Shown here piece after piece: positions 62,576 through 64,000 of a stretch of 64,000 nucleotides of DNA; position 1 is the first letter of the stretch, and each line of letters opens with the position of its first letter. This DNA is from Synechococcus sp. Lineage in GTDB: Bacteria > Cyanobacteriota > Cyanobacteriia > PCC-6307 > Cyanobiaceae. The stretch lies in the NCBI GenBank assembly GCA_047285535.1, contig JBJBDC010000001.1, positions 800,136-864,135 of the forward strand, written 5' to 3'. A program made the translations under genes and the position numbers. The notes under the pieces were generated by a model. The model had not been told where the DNA came from and did no database searches. It was given only the letters and a program-made list of their open reading frames with translations.

Positions 62576-64000
62576 ATGGCATTTGTTCCTCTTCATAACC
62601 ACAGCGACTACAGCCTTCTGGACGGAGCCTCGCAACTCCCCCAAATGGTGGAGCGTGCGAAGGAATTAGGGATGCCAGCTCTGGCCCTTACGGATCACGG
62701 CGTGATGTACGGAGCCATTGAACTGCTGAAGTTGTGCAAGGGAGCCGGAATCAAGCCGATTATTGGCAATGAAATGTATGTCATCAATGGATCCATTGAT
62801 GACCCCCAACCCAAAAAAGAGCGCCGATATCACCTTGTAGTACTGGCTAAGAATGCCACTGGCTATCGCAACTTAGTCAAGCTAACCAGCATCAGCCATC
62901 TCCGTGGAATGCGTGGGCGAGGAATTTTTTCACGTGCTTGTATTGACAAACAACTCCTCAAGCAGTTCGGAGAGGGTTTAATCGTGGCCACGGCTTGTCT
63001 TGGTGGTGAAATTCCACAGGCAATCATGCGTAATCGACCTGACGTGGCGAGAGAAATAGCCCTTTGGTATCAGGAAACTTTTGGCGATGACTTTTATCTT
63101 GAAATCCAAGATCACGGATCACCTGAAGATCGGATTGTCAATGTAGAAATTGTAAAAATAGCGAAGGATCTTGGAATTCGCCTGATTGCAACGAACGATG
63201 CTCATTACCTCACACGTCATGATGTCGAAGCTCACGATGCCTTGCTGTGCGTACTGACAGGCAAACTCATCAGCGATGTCAAACGGTTGCGGTACACAGG
63301 CACTGAATATCTCAAGAGTGAGGAGGAGATGAAGCGACTATTTACTGACCACATTGAGCCAGATGTGGTGTCGGAAGCCATTAGCAACACAGTGCAAGTT
63401 GCCGAAAAAATTGAGGACTACGACATTCTCGGTCACTATCAGATGCCTCGTTTTCCTATACCAGAGCAACACACTCCTGTTAGTTATCTACGCGAGGTCA
63501 CTGAACAGGGGCTATGCAAACGACTGGAGATTAAGAGCACTACAGAGATTGATCTCATTTATAAAGAGCGTCTCCAGCATGAATTAAAGATCATGGAGCA
63601 GATGGGATTCCCCACCTATTTCCTTGTGGTGTGGGATTACATCCGTTTTGCACGGGAGCAGGGAATTCCAGTAGGTCCAGGACGAGGTTCTGCTGCAGGC
63701 TCACTTGTGGCCTATGCCCTAGGCATCACCAATATTGATCCTGTCAGCAATGGCCTTCTGTTTGAGCGATTCCTTAATCCAGAACGCAAATCAATGCCTG
63801 ATATTGACACCGATTTCTGTATCGCACGTCGCGGAGAAGTGATCGATTACGTCACTCGTCGCTACGGCGATGACAAGGTGGCTCAGATCATCACATTCAA
63901 CCGCATGACATCCAAAGCGGTACTTAAAGATGTAGCACGAGTGCTCGACATTCCATACGGCGATGCGGATCGACTTGCAAAGTTAATCCCAGTGGTTCGG
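62576..64000 (+). CDS. dnaE: DNA polymerase III alpha subunit (runs off the window; absent from the ORF track)
   Basis: [51 protein letters not shown]. Confidence 0.97.
   Translation, partial: MAFVPLHNHSDYSLLDGASQLPQMVERAKELGMPALALTDHGVMYGAIELLKLCKGAGIKPIIGNEMYVINGSIDDPQPKKERRYHLVVLAKNATGYRNLVKLTSISHLRGMRGRGIFSRACIDKQLLKQFGEGLIVATACLGGEIPQAIMRNRPDVAREIALWYQETFGDDFYLEIQDHGSPEDRIVNVEIVKIAKDLGIRLIATNDAHYLTRHDVEAHDALLCVLTGKLISDVKRLRYTGTEYLKSEEEMKRLFTDHIEPDVVSEAISNTVQVAEKIEDYDILGHYQMPRFPIPEQHTPVSYLREVTEQGLCKRLEIKSTTEIDLIYKERLQHELKIMEQMGFPTYFLVVWDYIRFAREQGIPVGPGRGSAAGSLVAYALGITNIDPVSNGLLFERFLNPERKSMPDIDTDFCIARRGEVIDYVTRRYGDDKVAQIITFNRMTSKAVLKDVARVLDIPYGDADRLAKLIPVVR

Noticed and set aside
62576..64000. 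Split/intein-containing dnaE
   Set aside because: No intein motif in the visible part; the usual split site lies beyond the window

Overview
Chromosomal window of a marine picocyanobacterium (Synechococcus-type gene content and order; inferred, not searched). Core genes: lepB-menD-menB-glgA, murF, glmU, aroA, ubiD-comB-nit-amiC-murI-sds, acs, bcp, msrA, trpD-carA-mrnC-rlmB-gatA-dnaE. Four accessory features interrupt them. (1) A divergent sRNA pair at ~10.86-11.10 kb: a Yfr1/Yfr10-like RNA with two seeds and a Yfr2 RNA, sharing a palindrome. (2) An iron-stress cluster at ~18.3-24.35 kb: a 50-aa Cys-rich ORF, a ferritin pseudogene, a Crp regulator, a Som porin, a secreted peptide, PiuC and IdiA/FutA, with Fur-like boxes. 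(3) A phosphate/arsenate cluster at ~36.3-44.1 kb: pstS, arsJ, gap3, ptrA, a PhoB with a degenerate receiver and no adjacent phoR, and a second Som porin, with Pho boxes. (4) A tRNA-Pro(GGG)-anchored island at ~44.2-52.4 kb: a tyrosine integrase, secreted Cys-containing proteins and a perfect 42-bp coding tandem repeat. The two porin genes share a ~96% identical 435-bp 5' end in inverted orientation. All calls were made by eye, without database searches.
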